This document shows, in pieces, positions 54,759 through 64,000 of a DNA stretch of 64,000 nucleotides (position 1 is its first letter; each line of letters begins with the position of its first letter). A model generated the notes under the pieces. It had not been told where the DNA came from and did not search any database. It saw only the letters and a list, made by a program, of their open reading frames with translations. The stretch is from the NCBI GenBank assembly GCA_016935015.1, contig JAFGRT010000122.1, forward strand, positions 76,310-140,309, written 5' to 3'. The translations under genes were made by a program, and so were the position numbers. The DNA is from Acidobacteriota bacterium. Its GTDB lineage: Bacteria > Acidobacteriota > JAAYUB01.

Positions 54759-55865
54759 TCAATCTCCGAAACTGATGCCCAGATCCCGCGCCGTCAGGAT
54801 GGAGTCACAATCCAGGGGCACGCATTTCATGCGCCGTGTCGCCTCGGCCAGGGGCACATAATTCACCGTCGGCGGATCCAGTGCCACCATGATTCCGGAT
54901 TGGCCTTCGTCCAGGGCCCGCACGGCGGCTGCACCGAAGCGCAAGGAGATCAGCCGATCGAAGGTGGAAGGGGATCCGCCGCGCAAAAGATGGCCGAGCA
55001 CCACGGCCCGGGTTTCTTTACCCGTGAGTTCCGCCAGGTCATGGGCCACGAGGTCTCCAATCCCGCCCAGCCGCTCCTGGCGGCCGATTTCCTTGGATTT
55101 CACCGCGACATGACCACCCACCGCCTTGGCCCCCTCGGCCACCACGACGATGGAAAAATGGCGCCCCTTGCGATCACGCTCCTCTATCTTTTCAGCCACT
55201 TTCGTCAGGTCATAGGGTATTTCGGGAATCAGGATCGCGTCGGCCGTGCCGGAGATGCCGGCATTCAGGGCGATCCAGCCGGCATAGCGGCCCATGACCT
55301 CCACCACCATCACCCGCTGGTGGGCTTCAGCCGTAGAGTGAAGGCGGTCAAGACAGCTCGTGGCGAACGATACGGCCGTGTCAAAACCGAACGTGATTAC
55401 CGTGCGGTCCAGGTCGTTGTCGATGGTTTTGGGCACGCCGATCACCCGCAGCCCGCGGCGGTAGAGTTCCAGGGCGATGGCCAGCGAACCGTCGCCGCCG
55501 ATGGCCACCAGAGCGTCGATGCCGCGGTTATGCAGGCCGTCGATGATTTCACCGCTACGGTCCATTTCCTGGATGGTACCGTCATGCCGGCGGATAGGAA
55601 AACGCAGCGGATTGCCGCGATTGGTGGTCCCGAGGATGGTGCCGCCGAGATGGGTGATACCGCGGACCGATTCCTCACCCAAGCGGATGATGCCGGTGTC
55701 GCCGAACGCGGCCGGATCGAGCAGGCCGTTGTACCCCTCCCGGATGCCGTAGCATTCCCAGCCCCGATTCAGTCCGGACAGGACGATGGCCCGGATAACG
55801 GCGTTCAGGCCCGGGGCGTCGCCGCCGCCGGTGTTGATGGCGATCCGCTTGATCTTCTCAGCCAT
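54759..55865 (-). CDS. pfkA: ATP-dependent 6-phosphofructokinase
   Basis: GGDGS, PKTIDND and MGR motifs. Confidence 0.85.
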   Translation of the reverse strand: MAEKIKRIAINTGGGDAPGLNAVIRAIVLSGLNRGWECYGIREGYNGLLDPAAFGDTGIIRLGEESVRGITHLGGTILGTTNRGNPLRFPIRRHDGTIQEMDRSGEIIDGLHNRGIDALVAIGGDGSLAIALELYRRGLRVIGVPKTIDNDLDRTVITFGFDTAVSFATSCLDRLHSTAEAHQRVMVVEVMGRYAGWIALNAGISGTADAILIPEIPYDLTKVAEKIEERDRKGRHFSIVVVAEGAKAVGGHVAVKSKEIGRQERLGGIGDLVAHDLAELTGKETRAVVLGHLLRGGSPSTFDRLISLRFGAAAVRALDEGQSGIMVALDPPTVNYVPLAEATRRMKCVPLDCDSILTARDLGISFGD

Positions 55866-55945
55866 GTCGTACCTCCAGTATTTGTACGCATATTACCGTC
55901 GAACGTACCCTGCCCCGCGGTTGTCGGTTCCGGTCTGGCGGCGGA

Positions 55946-57106
55946 TCAGTTTTCAAACGTCCCCTTGACGAGGCGCCGGCCGTCGCGGACGGCCAGGACG
56001 CCGTTCATCACCAGGTGACGGATCTTGTCCTCGCTGTCGAGGACTACCAGGTCGGCGTCGTGACCGATCCGGATTCGTCCCTTGCCGGACAACTTCAGGA
56101 TATCGGCCGCATTGGACGTTACCACCGGCAGTGCCTGCTCCCAGGGGATGCCTTCCCGGCGAACGGCGTCGATCAGTTCCGCCAGGTTGGCCCGGGGCCG
56201 GCCCGTTTCCAGCTTGACCAGGCGGCCGTCACCATCAAACTGCGGCAGTGACCCGCAGGCATCGGATGAAAAGGTGATGTGGGTGCCGGGCACCCCGGCG
56301 GCCAGCAGCCGGACCAAGGCCGCGGAGGGCTTGATTTCGACCTCAGAAAAATACGGATAGGAACTGGTGGTCAGATCCACATAGCCGTGCTTGCCGTATT
56401 CAATGGATTCCTCGAAAATCGTCGCGTTCCGGTTGCAGTGGGTCGGCAGGAACTGGGTCAGCCTGAGTTCGCTGCGGGCCACGGCTTCGTACAGGATCGC
56501 GAAAGGATGATCCGCATCACCCATATGCAGGTTGACGATGCCGGCCTTGCCGCCCAGCATGCCACCCACGCGGGCATGCTCCGCCAGGCGGATAAGCTCT
56601 TCCACTGTGGGAAACGAGGAACGGTGATCGGCAATGGCGATTTCGCCGACGCCGATGATCTCGTCGATGAGGGCGATGTCTTTGCCCACATCGCCCAGGA
56701 TGGTGGGCGGCGGCACCTGGTAGGAGCCGGTGAAGATCCAGCAGGATGCGCCTTCGGCCCGCAATGCCTTGGCTTTCATGAGCACACTCTCCACAGAACG
56801 TGTCAGGCCGTCGGTGCCCAGGCAGCCGATGACCGTCGTACAACCGGCTTCCAGCATTTGGCCGAGCTGCATTTCCGGAGTCCGCGTGGCCGGTCCCCCT
56901 TCACCACCGGCACCGGCGATATGCACATGGCCGTCGATCAGACCCGGCATGGTTATCATCCCTTCGGCTTCAATGATATCCAGAGGGATTCCGGCCGGCG
57001 GAGGGATCTTTTTCTCCAGGGCCACAATTTTTCCGCCGGCCACGAGAATATCCCGCCGGCCGAGGGATTCCGGATCATAAACTTCACCGTTCTTCAGCAA
57101 TAACAT
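55946..57106 (-). CDS. iadA: Isoaspartyl dipeptidase / beta-aspartyl peptidase (amidohydrolase superfamily)
   Basis: GLIDGHVHI metal-binding His pair and overall IadA-like length. Trimmed to MLLLKNGE. Confidence 0.7.
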   Translation of the reverse strand: MLLLKNGEVYDPESLGRRDILVAGGKIVALEKKIPPPAGIPLDIIEAEGMITMPGLIDGHVHIAGAGGEGGPATRTPEMQLGQMLEAGCTTVIGCLGTDGLTRSVESVLMKAKALRAEGASCWIFTGSYQVPPPTILGDVGKDIALIDEIIGVGEIAIADHRSSFPTVEELIRLAEHARVGGMLGGKAGIVNLHMGDADHPFAILYEAVARSELRLTQFLPTHCNRNATIFEESIEYGKHGYVDLTTSSYPYFSEVEIKPSAALVRLLAAGVPGTHITFSSDACGSLPQFDGDGRLVKLETGRPRANLAELIDAVRREGIPWEQALPVVTSNAADILKLSGKGRIRIGHDADLVVLDSEDKIRHLVMNGVLAVRDGRRLVKGTFEN

Positions 57107-57469
57107 ATTGCCACCTCCTGCAGGTCCAAAGGAAGTCACCCGAATCCGCTGGATCTTTGGATGCGTCGGCCACCGCCCCGATCTCGCCCGGCGAACGATT
57201 CCGCGTAAATTTCGGGGGCGTTACCACACAACCGCCAGTCCATCACATGTTTGTGACCGGAAAAGTATAATCTCCCTGCGATCACCCTGTCAAATCCATT
57301 GCTCCTCGACTCTCGGCCATTCGCACGCGACCGCCAATTCGGCTCCCCTCGTCTGCCGGTCAAGACCGGCTCTTGATCTTCGTCGACACAGCCCTTACAA
57401 TGGAAGAAAATCCGGGATGGCCGTATTCATTTTTTTGAGGCTATCCCCGAAACGGAGGACGCAGACGCC

Positions 57470-58540
57470 ATGGTTCACACTGTCCTGGAAAATTCATCCC
57501 GGCCGGACCGACGGGGATGGATGTCCAATCCCGCACCGGCCGGCCGAACCATGACTTTGTTCATCATTCTGCTGGGTGCGGCCGTAGTCTGCTCGCCCGG
57601 TCCAGGGGCATATGCCGGGAACAACGGTCCGGTGATGCATCCCCATCAATCGGGCGAATCCGGGCAAGAGCCTGTGGACGAGCTGTTCGGGTACTACGTC
57701 GTCCGTCGTCCCGGGGTGGAGGAGCTGAAGGTCGTCAAGGGGATCAACCGGCTGGAACCGGGTGATGAAGTACTGGGCGGCCCCTTCAGCCTCACCGACG
57801 CCCAGGCCTTCAAAAAGCAGCGGACAGGGATGACCGACACCGATGTCACGGTGGTGGATAGGTCCGGCGGACCGGTCCAGCCTGCCGAACCCGACGTGGT
57901 GCTCCACCTGAGCCTGGACGCCGTCGTCGACGGCAAAATCCAGGACCGGAGCCAATCCTCATTCACGGCGGTGGTGCACGGTGATCCGCTGCTGGTGGAT
58001 ACACCCAACGGTCGTGGACTGCAATTCGACGGTCGCGACGACTGGCTGCTGCTGCCGGCGGATCCCTATCTCGATATCCACGGCAGCATGACCCTCATGG
58101 TGATGATGAAAATCCCCGAATCGGCGCGCAGCGAAGGTCTGCACATGATCGTCTGGCATGGTGACGAGCGCGGCGGCCGCGATCCCTACAGCTTCTTCAT
58201 CAGCAGCGGGCGCATTCTTTTCCGGCGCGACTTTCCCAAAACCGTCATGGTCGGCTGGTCCCTCTGGAACCTGGATTTCGACCGCTATCACGTGTTCTGC
58301 GGCGTGCACCGCCGCCATGAAGACATCTTCGAAATTTGGGTGGATGGGGAACTGGCGGAATCCATCAAGGGCAGCGGCAAGATCAGTTACGACACCAAAC
58401 GGATGACCACCCAGATCGGCGCCATGGAGTCCGGCCGGAGTCAACATTTTACCGGCATTTTGGATGATGTGAAAATCTTCCAGCGCGCCCTGACACCTGA
58501 CGAACTGCGCCGGGAATCGCTGGCTCTCCTGGGACGCTGA
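57470..58540 (+). CDS. Secreted LamG/concanavalin-A-like lectin-domain protein
   Basis: GGAGGA ribosome-binding site. Signal peptide MTLFIILLGAAVVCSPGPGAYA. The C-terminal GILDDVKIFQRALTPDEL is the LamG_3 hallmark. Confidence 0.65.
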   Translation: MVHTVLENSSRPDRRGWMSNPAPAGRTMTLFIILLGAAVVCSPGPGAYAGNNGPVMHPHQSGESGQEPVDELFGYYVVRRPGVEELKVVKGINRLEPGDEVLGGPFSLTDAQAFKKQRTGMTDTDVTVVDRSGGPVQPAEPDVVLHLSLDAVVDGKIQDRSQSSFTAVVHGDPLLVDTPNGRGLQFDGRDDWLLLPADPYLDIHGSMTLMVMMKIPESARSEGLHMIVWHGDERGGRDPYSFFISSGRILFRRDFPKTVMVGWSLWNLDFDRYHVFCGVHRRHEDIFEIWVDGELAESIKGSGKISYDTKRMTTQIGAMESGRSQHFTGILDDVKIFQRALTPDELRRESLALLGR

Positions 58541-58606
58541 CGGTGGCCGCGCCCGTCGGCAGCCATCGTTTTTTCTTGAGAAATTACTTCATTAAATATG
58601 TTTGAA

Positions 58607-59305
58607 TTACCGAATATTATTTAACAATGAAGAAACGCTCCATTGGCGAATATCCGCCGGCAGGCAAGGTTCCCGGCTGCACAAGGCCAGGATGGCGTCG
58701 GGAGCGGGCTGATACAGGCGCAGGAATAGATCCGGCAGGGGTTGGTCCAATCGCGACTCGAGCCGGAGACGGTCCGGCGCCGTTCCACGGATGAGGATCC
58801 GGTCCAGGGGCAACTGCAGCCCCTGCCCCAGGTTCTTGAGGACGCTCTCCTTGGCGGTCCACAGTTGGTAGAAGGCCTGCGCCTGTTCGACGGGTGTCCG
58901 GCTCAGCAACCAGGCCATCTCCTCGGGCGCGAAAAACCGCCGGGCCACGGCCAGGTCGACACCGCGCACCGCCTCCACATCCACGCCAACGGGCAGGGGT
59001 GAAATCGCCACCGCCACCCATTCACCCGAATGGGAAACATTGAAATGCAGCCCCGTCATGCCGGCCAGGTATGGCTTGCCCCGTGCATCGGTGTCGAACA
59101 CCAGCTGGGCATTGGAAAAACCATGGTCGACGCAGAGCACGGCCCTGACCAGCAATTCTCCCAACAGGGATCGCTGGACGTCGGCGGCGTTCCGGAAGCG
59201 GCGGCAACGCTCCACCCTTTTCGAAGACACCCGGGTCAACAGCCGGTTTTGCTGCTTCTGAAACTCTTCCGCCGCCAGCAGGCGAACGACATGGAGTTCG
59301 GCCAT
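58607..59305 (-). CDS. 4'-phosphopantetheinyl transferase, Sfp type
   Basis: GKP, FNVSHSG, GVDVE and WTAKESVLK motifs. Confidence 0.8.
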   Translation of the reverse strand: MAELHVVRLLAAEEFQKQQNRLLTRVSSKRVERCRRFRNAADVQRSLLGELLVRAVLCVDHGFSNAQLVFDTDARGKPYLAGMTGLHFNVSHSGEWVAVAISPLPVGVDVEAVRGVDLAVARRFFAPEEMAWLLSRTPVEQAQAFYQLWTAKESVLKNLGQGLQLPLDRILIRGTAPDRLRLESRLDQPLPDLFLRLYQPAPDAILALCSREPCLPADIRQWSVSSLLNNIR

Positions 59306-59411
59306 GATTCTCCGTCCATCACGATCTTCTCCCTGTTTTACATCACCGGCCGTTGCTTTTCCAGTCGTTCCTGCCTAAAATGAAGGCGGGAATTTTCTCG
59401 CGGGAAGGAAC

Positions 59412-59885
59412 ATGATGCTGCAACTACACATACCGGGCACGGGCGACCTCACCCTCCGGCACCTGCTGCTGGACTACAACGGCACCCTGGCCCGCGACGG
59501 CACCCTGGTGCCGGGCGTCGCCGATCGCCTCAGGCAACTCGGCGAACAGATGGCCGTCCACGTGGTGACGGCCGATACGTTCGGCAAGGCCCGGGCCCAG
59601 CTGGCGGGGATGCCGCTGACCCTGCACATTCTGGCGGAAGAGTACCAGGCCGAGGCCAAAATGCAGTACATCTGCCGGCTGGGTCCGGCGGAGAGCGTGG
59701 CCGTCGGCAACGGCCGCAACGACCGCCTGATGGTGGCCGCGGCCGCCCTGGGCATCGCCGTCGTCCAGGATGAGGGGGCGGCGGCGGGCTGCCTGGCGGC
59801 GGCCGATGTGGTCTGCCGCACCATCCTTGACGCACTGGACCTGCTGCTCAATCCGCTCCGGCTGAGGGCCACCCTGCGCCAGTGA
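59412..59885 (+). CDS. HAD-like small hydrolase/phosphatase domain protein (motif I is DYNGT, not the canonical DxDGT)
   Basis: LLDYNGTLA at the N-terminus and a downstream GNGRND (motif IV-like). Confidence 0.55.
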   Translation: MMLQLHIPGTGDLTLRHLLLDYNGTLARDGTLVPGVADRLRQLGEQMAVHVVTADTFGKARAQLAGMPLTLHILAEEYQAEAKMQYICRLGPAESVAVGNGRNDRLMVAAAALGIAVVQDEGAAAGCLAAADVVCRTILDALDLLLNPLRLRATLRQ

Positions 59886-59916
59886 ATCGCCGCACCGGAC
59901 GGTGGGAGCACCCGAC

Positions 59917-61104
59917 ATGAGCATGGAGTGGCATTACATTTGTACCGAATGCGGCCGGACGTACGAGATACGGCCGGAAATCATGATCTGTACGCATTGC
60001 TGCCGGCACCAGGAACCGGGCAAGCCGTTGCGCGGGATTCTCGAAGCCCTTGCCGATCGCTGGGACTACGATCCTGACCAGCCGCCCACGAAATTCCTGC
60101 CGGTGGAATCACGGCATCTCCCTCCCATCCCGGTGGGGGATACTCCCCTGTGGGCGCCGCCGCGGCTGCGTCGCCGGCTGCAGCTGCCGGGCCTGTTCCT
60201 CAAGGATGATACCCGCCAACCGACGGGTTCCCTGAAAGACCGCGCCTCGCTGCTGGTAGCCGGACTGGCACGGCGTCACGCCATCGGTGAGGTCGTCGTC
60301 GCCTCCACCGGCAACGCCGCCTCCTCCATGGCCGGGATCGGCGCGGCGGCCGGTCTGACCGTCACCATCCTTGTTCCGGAAACGGCCCCGCCGGCGAAGA
60401 TCGTCCAGGCCCTGCAGTACGGCGCCCGGGTGCACCTGGTGGCCGGCACCTACGACCAGGCCTATGATATGTCCCTGGATTACAGCCGCCGGACGAATGC
60501 CCTCAACCGCAATACGGCATACAATCCGCTGACCATCGAAGGGAAGAAGACAGTGGCGCTGGAGATCTTCCGGCAGCTGAACGGTGTGCCGGACACCGTA
60601 TTCCTCTCCGCCGGCGACGCCGTCATTCTGGCCGGCGTGTACAAGGGCTTCGCCGACCTGCAGCGCTGCGGATTGACGCAATCGATGCCCCATGTGGTGG
60701 CGGTGCAGGCGGCCGGCAGTTCCGCTTTGTACCGGGCCTGGCAACAGGGCGGTTTCGGAGCGGCCCAATCCGCCCGGACCCTGGCCGATTCCATCGCCGT
60801 GGAAATCCCGCGCAACGGTTATTATGCCCTGCAGCTGCTGCACCGTCACCGGGGCGAGTGCCTGACGGTGTCGGACGACGAAATCCTGGCGGCCCAGCAT
60901 ATCCTGGCCGCCGAGAGCGGACTCTTCGCCGAACCCTCAGCCGCCGCTGCCTTGGCCGGCCTGCTCCGTTGCCGGGATCGCCTGCCGGCGGATCAGCGGG
61001 TGGTGGTTCTCATCACCGGTTCCGGCCTGAAAGACATCGCCGCGGCCCGTAAAGGAATCACCATGCCGACCGGCGCCATCCAGCGCGTGGAGGATATCCT
61101 GTGA
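59917..61104 (+). CDS. Threonine-synthase-like PLP enzyme with an N-terminal zinc ribbon
   Basis: CTECG...CTHC zinc ribbon, PTGSLKDRAS lysine motif, fold-type II PLP pattern. Confidence 0.7.
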   Translation: MSMEWHYICTECGRTYEIRPEIMICTHCCRHQEPGKPLRGILEALADRWDYDPDQPPTKFLPVESRHLPPIPVGDTPLWAPPRLRRRLQLPGLFLKDDTRQPTGSLKDRASLLVAGLARRHAIGEVVVASTGNAASSMAGIGAAAGLTVTILVPETAPPAKIVQALQYGARVHLVAGTYDQAYDMSLDYSRRTNALNRNTAYNPLTIEGKKTVALEIFRQLNGVPDTVFLSAGDAVILAGVYKGFADLQRCGLTQSMPHVVAVQAAGSSALYRAWQQGGFGAAQSARTLADSIAVEIPRNGYYALQLLHRHRGECLTVSDDEILAAQHILAAESGLFAEPSAAAALAGLLRCRDRLPADQRVVVLITGSGLKDIAAARKGITMPTGAIQRVEDIL

Positions 61105-61682
61105 ACACACTGGAAGGCGTCGTTCTGGCCGCCGGGAAGTCCACCCGCACCTCCCACCAATATAAAATGGAACTGGATCTCGGCGGCCAGCCGGTAATCC
61201 GCCGCAGCGTGGAATCACTGCTGCCGGTCTGCCGGCGGGTGATTGTCGTGGGCGGTCATAATTACGACCGCCTGTGCCGCTTGGTGGCGGATTGCGGCGG
61301 AGTGGAAACCGTATGCAACCATCAATATGAGCGGGGTATGTTCTCCTCTGTTTGCTGTGGTATCCGCCAGGTGAGGGGTGACGCTTTTTTTCTCCTGCCG
61401 GGCGACATCCCGCTGGTCCGGCCGGAAACCGTGCGCCGTATGGCGGCAGTGGCGGCGGATATCGTCGTCCCCCGTCACGAAGGGCGAAAAGGTCACCCCG
61501 TCCTCGTCCACGCCCGGTTCATCCCCGAGATCCTGGCCATGCCCGCCGACGCCACGCTGCGTGATTTCATGCACCGGCAGGAAATCACTGTCCTGGACGT
61601 AACGGACCATGGTATCGTGATGGATATCGACGATTTGGACGATTATGAAGCCGCCCGAGCATACTGCCACTCCAGGGAATGA
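61101..61682 (+). CDS. mocA: MobA-like NTP transferase (molybdenum-cofactor cytidylyltransferase MocA-type)
   Basis: LAAGKSTR nucleotide-binding loop. GTG start overlapping the upstream stop. Immediately upstream of a molybdo-enzyme gene. Confidence 0.65.
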   Translation: MNTLEGVVLAAGKSTRTSHQYKMELDLGGQPVIRRSVESLLPVCRRVIVVGGHNYDRLCRLVADCGGVETVCNHQYERGMFSSVCCGIRQVRGDAFFLLPGDIPLVRPETVRRMAAVAADIVVPRHEGRKGHPVLVHARFIPEILAMPADATLRDFMHRQEITVLDVTDHGIVMDIDDLDDYEAARAYCHSRE

Positions 61683-63879
61683 CATCGCCGACCCGGTGGC
61701 CCGCCCCGACGCGGCGGCCAAATGCGCCGGCACGGCTCGCTACCTGGCCGACCTGGCGGTACCGGGTATGCTGCACGCCCGCACCGTGCGCTCCACACGG
61801 CCCCGGGCGCGGATCACCAGCCGCCGTCTGCCCCCTCTGCCGGCGGGTTTCTTCGTGGTGGAGGCGCGAGACATACCGGGCCGCAATCGGATCCGGATGC
61901 TGGACGACGACTGGCCATTCTTTGCCGAAGATATCGTCAACCACATAGGCGAACCCATCCTGCTGGTAGTCGGACCGGAGGCGGAGGCGACGGCGATGAT
62001 TGCCTCCCGGGTCATCATCGAGTATGAAGATCTGCCGCCCATTCTTTCCCTCGATGACGCCCTCGCCGGCTTGGCGCCCCCCCTGTACGGCGAAGACAAT
62101 TGCTTTGCCGAGTACAGTTTTCACAAGGGGGACCTGCCGCAGGCCAGGCGTGCCGCCCGGCAGATGGTCAAGGACGGTTTTTCAACCGGCTTTCAGGAAC
62201 ATCTCTATCTGGAACCCCAAGGCGTCCTGGCCGTCCCCGAGGCGGGCCGGCTGACCGTATACGGTTCCATGCAATGTCCCTATTACGTTAAGAAAGCGGT
62301 GGAACAGGCTGTCGGCGAGGGCCGGCACCATGTCCGGATCGTTCAGACGGTGACCGGTGGTGCCTTTGGCGGCAAGGAAGACTATCCTTCCCTGCTGGCC
62401 GGCCAGGCAGCCGTAGCCGCCCTCAAGAGCGGCCGTCCCGTAAGGCTGGTGCTGGACCGGACCGAGGATATCGCCGCCACCACCAAGCGTCACCCGTCCC
62501 GCATTGACTTCACCACCTTTCTGGATGAAAACGACGATCTCCTGGGGATGGACGTGGACATCCTGCTGGACGGCGGCGCCTATTCCGGGCTTTCCTCGGT
62601 CGTGCTGCAGCGGGCCATGTTCGCCGCCAGCGGTGTCTACCGGGTACCCCATCTGCACGTGCATGGCCGCGTCCTGGCCACCAACCAGGTCCCTGCGGGC
62701 GCCTTCCGTGGTTTCGGTGCCCCCCAGGCCTTCTTCGCCATCGAAATGCACCTGGAAAACATTGCCCTGCGCCTGGGCCTCGATCCGCTGGAGTACAAGC
62801 TGCGGCATGCCCTGCGCCGGGGCGACCGCACGTGTACCGACGGCCTGGTGCGAGGCGCCGTCCGGTTGCCGGAAATGGCGACGCGTCTCTGCGAAGCCGC
62901 CGGATATCCGGCCAAGCAGGCCGCCTACACAGCCGGACAGGGACGCTACCGGCGCGGCATCGGTCTGTCACTCTGTTACCACGGCTGCGGTTTCACCGGC
63001 CAGGGAGAGGAACTGATCCAGGGCACCATCGCCTTGCACAAACGGGCCGACGACGCCGTGGAGATCCGCGTGGCTGCCACAGAGATGGGTCAGGGCGCTC
63101 AAACGGTCCTGCCGAAGATCGTGGCCCACTCCCTGGGCATCCCCCTGGATCAGATCCATTACGAAAATCCGGATACGGACATCGTGCCCGATTCCGGTCC
63201 CACCGTCGCCTCCCGTACCACCATGATCGTGGGCGGGCTCCTGCGCGAGGCCGCCCTCGATCTCAAGCGGCATTGGCAATCCGGCCGGGTGATGGACATC
63301 CGCCGGACCTACCACCATCCGCCTCATATCCATTGGGACCAGGAGCATTTCCGCGGCGACGCCTATCCCGAATACGCCTGGGGTGTCAACGTGGTGGAAG
63401 TGGAGGTAGATCTTCTCACTGGGCTTGTCCGCGTCATCAAGATCTGGGCGCAGTTCGACGTAGGAGCGCCTATGGACGAGCGGACCCTGCGCGGGCAAAT
63501 GGAAGGCGGCATCGCCCAGGGGCTGGGGTATGCCTTGTGGGAAAAACTGGAAGTGGACGATGGGAGGGTTCAGCAACAGCGGATCCGTGACTATACCATC
63601 CCCACCTTTATGGACATGCCGCCGGTGGAGAGCGGATCGGTATACAATCCCTATGAATTCGGCCCCTTCGGTGCCAAGGGCGCCGGTGAACTCACCCTGG
63701 TGGGCGTTGCGCCGGCCGTGGCGGCGGCGGTGCAGCAGGCCATCGGCTGTCCGGTGGATATGATTCCTGTCACGCCGGAGATGATTCTCCGGCGGATACG
63801 CAATCGCAAGCATGCCAAGCCCGATTCGGAAATACCTCCGGAATCGTCCCCCCGATCCCGGAGCCGGGCGGACACGTAA
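61645..63879 (+). CDS. Xanthine dehydrogenase / aldehyde oxidase-family molybdopterin-binding large subunit
   Basis: Ald_Xan_dh_C plus the MoCo-binding domain. The start is uncertain: the ATG at 61645 overlaps mocA by 38 nt, and an alternative GTG lies at ~61697. Confidence 0.8.
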   Translation: MKPPEHTATPGNDIADPVARPDAAAKCAGTARYLADLAVPGMLHARTVRSTRPRARITSRRLPPLPAGFFVVEARDIPGRNRIRMLDDDWPFFAEDIVNHIGEPILLVVGPEAEATAMIASRVIIEYEDLPPILSLDDALAGLAPPLYGEDNCFAEYSFHKGDLPQARRAARQMVKDGFSTGFQEHLYLEPQGVLAVPEAGRLTVYGSMQCPYYVKKAVEQAVGEGRHHVRIVQTVTGGAFGGKEDYPSLLAGQAAVAALKSGRPVRLVLDRTEDIAATTKRHPSRIDFTTFLDENDDLLGMDVDILLDGGAYSGLSSVVLQRAMFAASGVYRVPHLHVHGRVLATNQVPAGAFRGFGAPQAFFAIEMHLENIALRLGLDPLEYKLRHALRRGDRTCTDGLVRGAVRLPEMATRLCEAAGYPAKQAAYTAGQGRYRRGIGLSLCYHGCGFTGQGEELIQGTIALHKRADDAVEIRVAATEMGQGAQTVLPKIVAHSLGIPLDQIHYENPDTDIVPDSGPTVASRTTMIVGGLLREAALDLKRHWQSGRVMDIRRTYHHPPHIHWDQEHFRGDAYPEYAWGVNVVEVEVDLLTGLVRVIKIWAQFDVGAPMDERTLRGQMEGGIAQGLGYALWEKLEVDDGRVQQQRIRDYTIPTFMDMPPVESGSVYNPYEFGPFGAKGAGELTLVGVAPAVAAAVQQAIGCPVDMIPVTPEMILRRIRNRKHAKPDSEIPPESSPRSRSRADT

Positions 63880-63881
63880 CC

Positions 63882-64000
63882 ATGCAGATCACGTTCGAAC
63901 TCAACAACGAAACCGTATGCCTGGATGTTGATCCGCTGCGCCCCCTGTTGGACGTACTGCGCGAGGAGCTGGGTCTGACCGGCACCAAGCGGGGCTGCGG
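63882..64000 (+). CDS. (2Fe-2S)-binding small subunit of the xanthine-dehydrogenase-family enzyme (5'-partial, continues beyond the window)
   Basis: The ATG 3 nt after the large-subunit stop gives [39 protein letters not shown], the standard start of CoxS/XdhC-type ferredoxin subunits. Confidence 0.65.
   Translation, partial: MQITFELNNETVCLDVDPLRPLLDVLREELGLTGTKRGC

Noticed and set aside
58541-58606. Possible intrinsic terminator between convergent LamG and PPTase genes (gccgcgcccgtcggc + TTTTTT)
   Set aside because: The stem is only 4 bp perfect with a long loop. That is too weak to call confidently.

Overview
High-GC (~63%) bacterial chromosomal window. Gene content points to a Desulfobacterota/deltaproteobacterial-type anaerobe: split hldA/hldC, a uppS-cdsA-dxr-rseP-ispG block, citrate lyase, a tungsten-type aldehyde:ferredoxin oxidoreductase (AOR), and mlaFED. 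About 60 protein genes, no rRNA/tRNA, no CRISPR, no obvious mobile element. Blocks from start to end:
(1) A secreted FecR/DUF6600-like Trp/Tyr/Gly/His-rich protein with a long Ser/Arg/Thr-rich tail (minus strand, runs off the left edge). It is absent from the supplied ORF track; I found it by translating the minus strand.
(2) aroF, recO, mgtE.
(3) An LPS inner-core/O-antigen-type operon on the plus strand: hldA, hldC, a GT9 heptosyltransferase, an ICMT-family membrane methyltransferase, a Wzt ABC ATPase with no Wzm permease, GT4 and GT2.
(4) Citrate lyase as a CitD-CitE fusion plus CitF, followed by an Hfq-like Sm protein.
(5) An mlaE-mlaF-mlaD operon whose MlaD has a coiled-coil insertion and five C-terminal EGTLG repeats; then xerC/D, an MBL hydrolase and a GAF sensor.
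(6) A peptidoglycan/isoprenoid housekeeping block: U32 peptidase, mltG, ruvX, an S41 Ctp-like protein lacking the Ser/Lys dyad, uppS, cdsA, dxr, rseP, ispG, dtd, degV.
(7) A redox cluster on the plus strand: an unknown 418-aa protein, Fe-ADH, AOR, a D-2-hydroxyacid dehydrogenase and a LarA-like protein.
(8) A 681-aa GT-C-like membrane protein, followed by a ~1.8-kb non-coding-looking region. That region is packed with at least 7 copies, on both strands, of a degenerate (NAC)n motif encoding (I/F)DYxYDxDNDS(D/E), plus two paralogous ~180-bp units. Each unit has a GC-rich hairpin box and a tiny MEK... ORF. This is the most unusual element in the window.
(9) Secreted proteins, an SDR, an aminotransferase, a GAF/degenerate-GGDEF/HD-GYP signalling protein, pfkA, iadA, a LamG protein, an Sfp-type PPTase, a HAD protein, a ThrC-like protein, mocA, and a xanthine-dehydrogenase-family Mo enzyme (large subunit, then the start of the 2Fe-2S subunit).
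Track coordinates include the stop codon. Several track ORFs are long N-terminal run-ons or antisense shadows and were trimmed or rejected.
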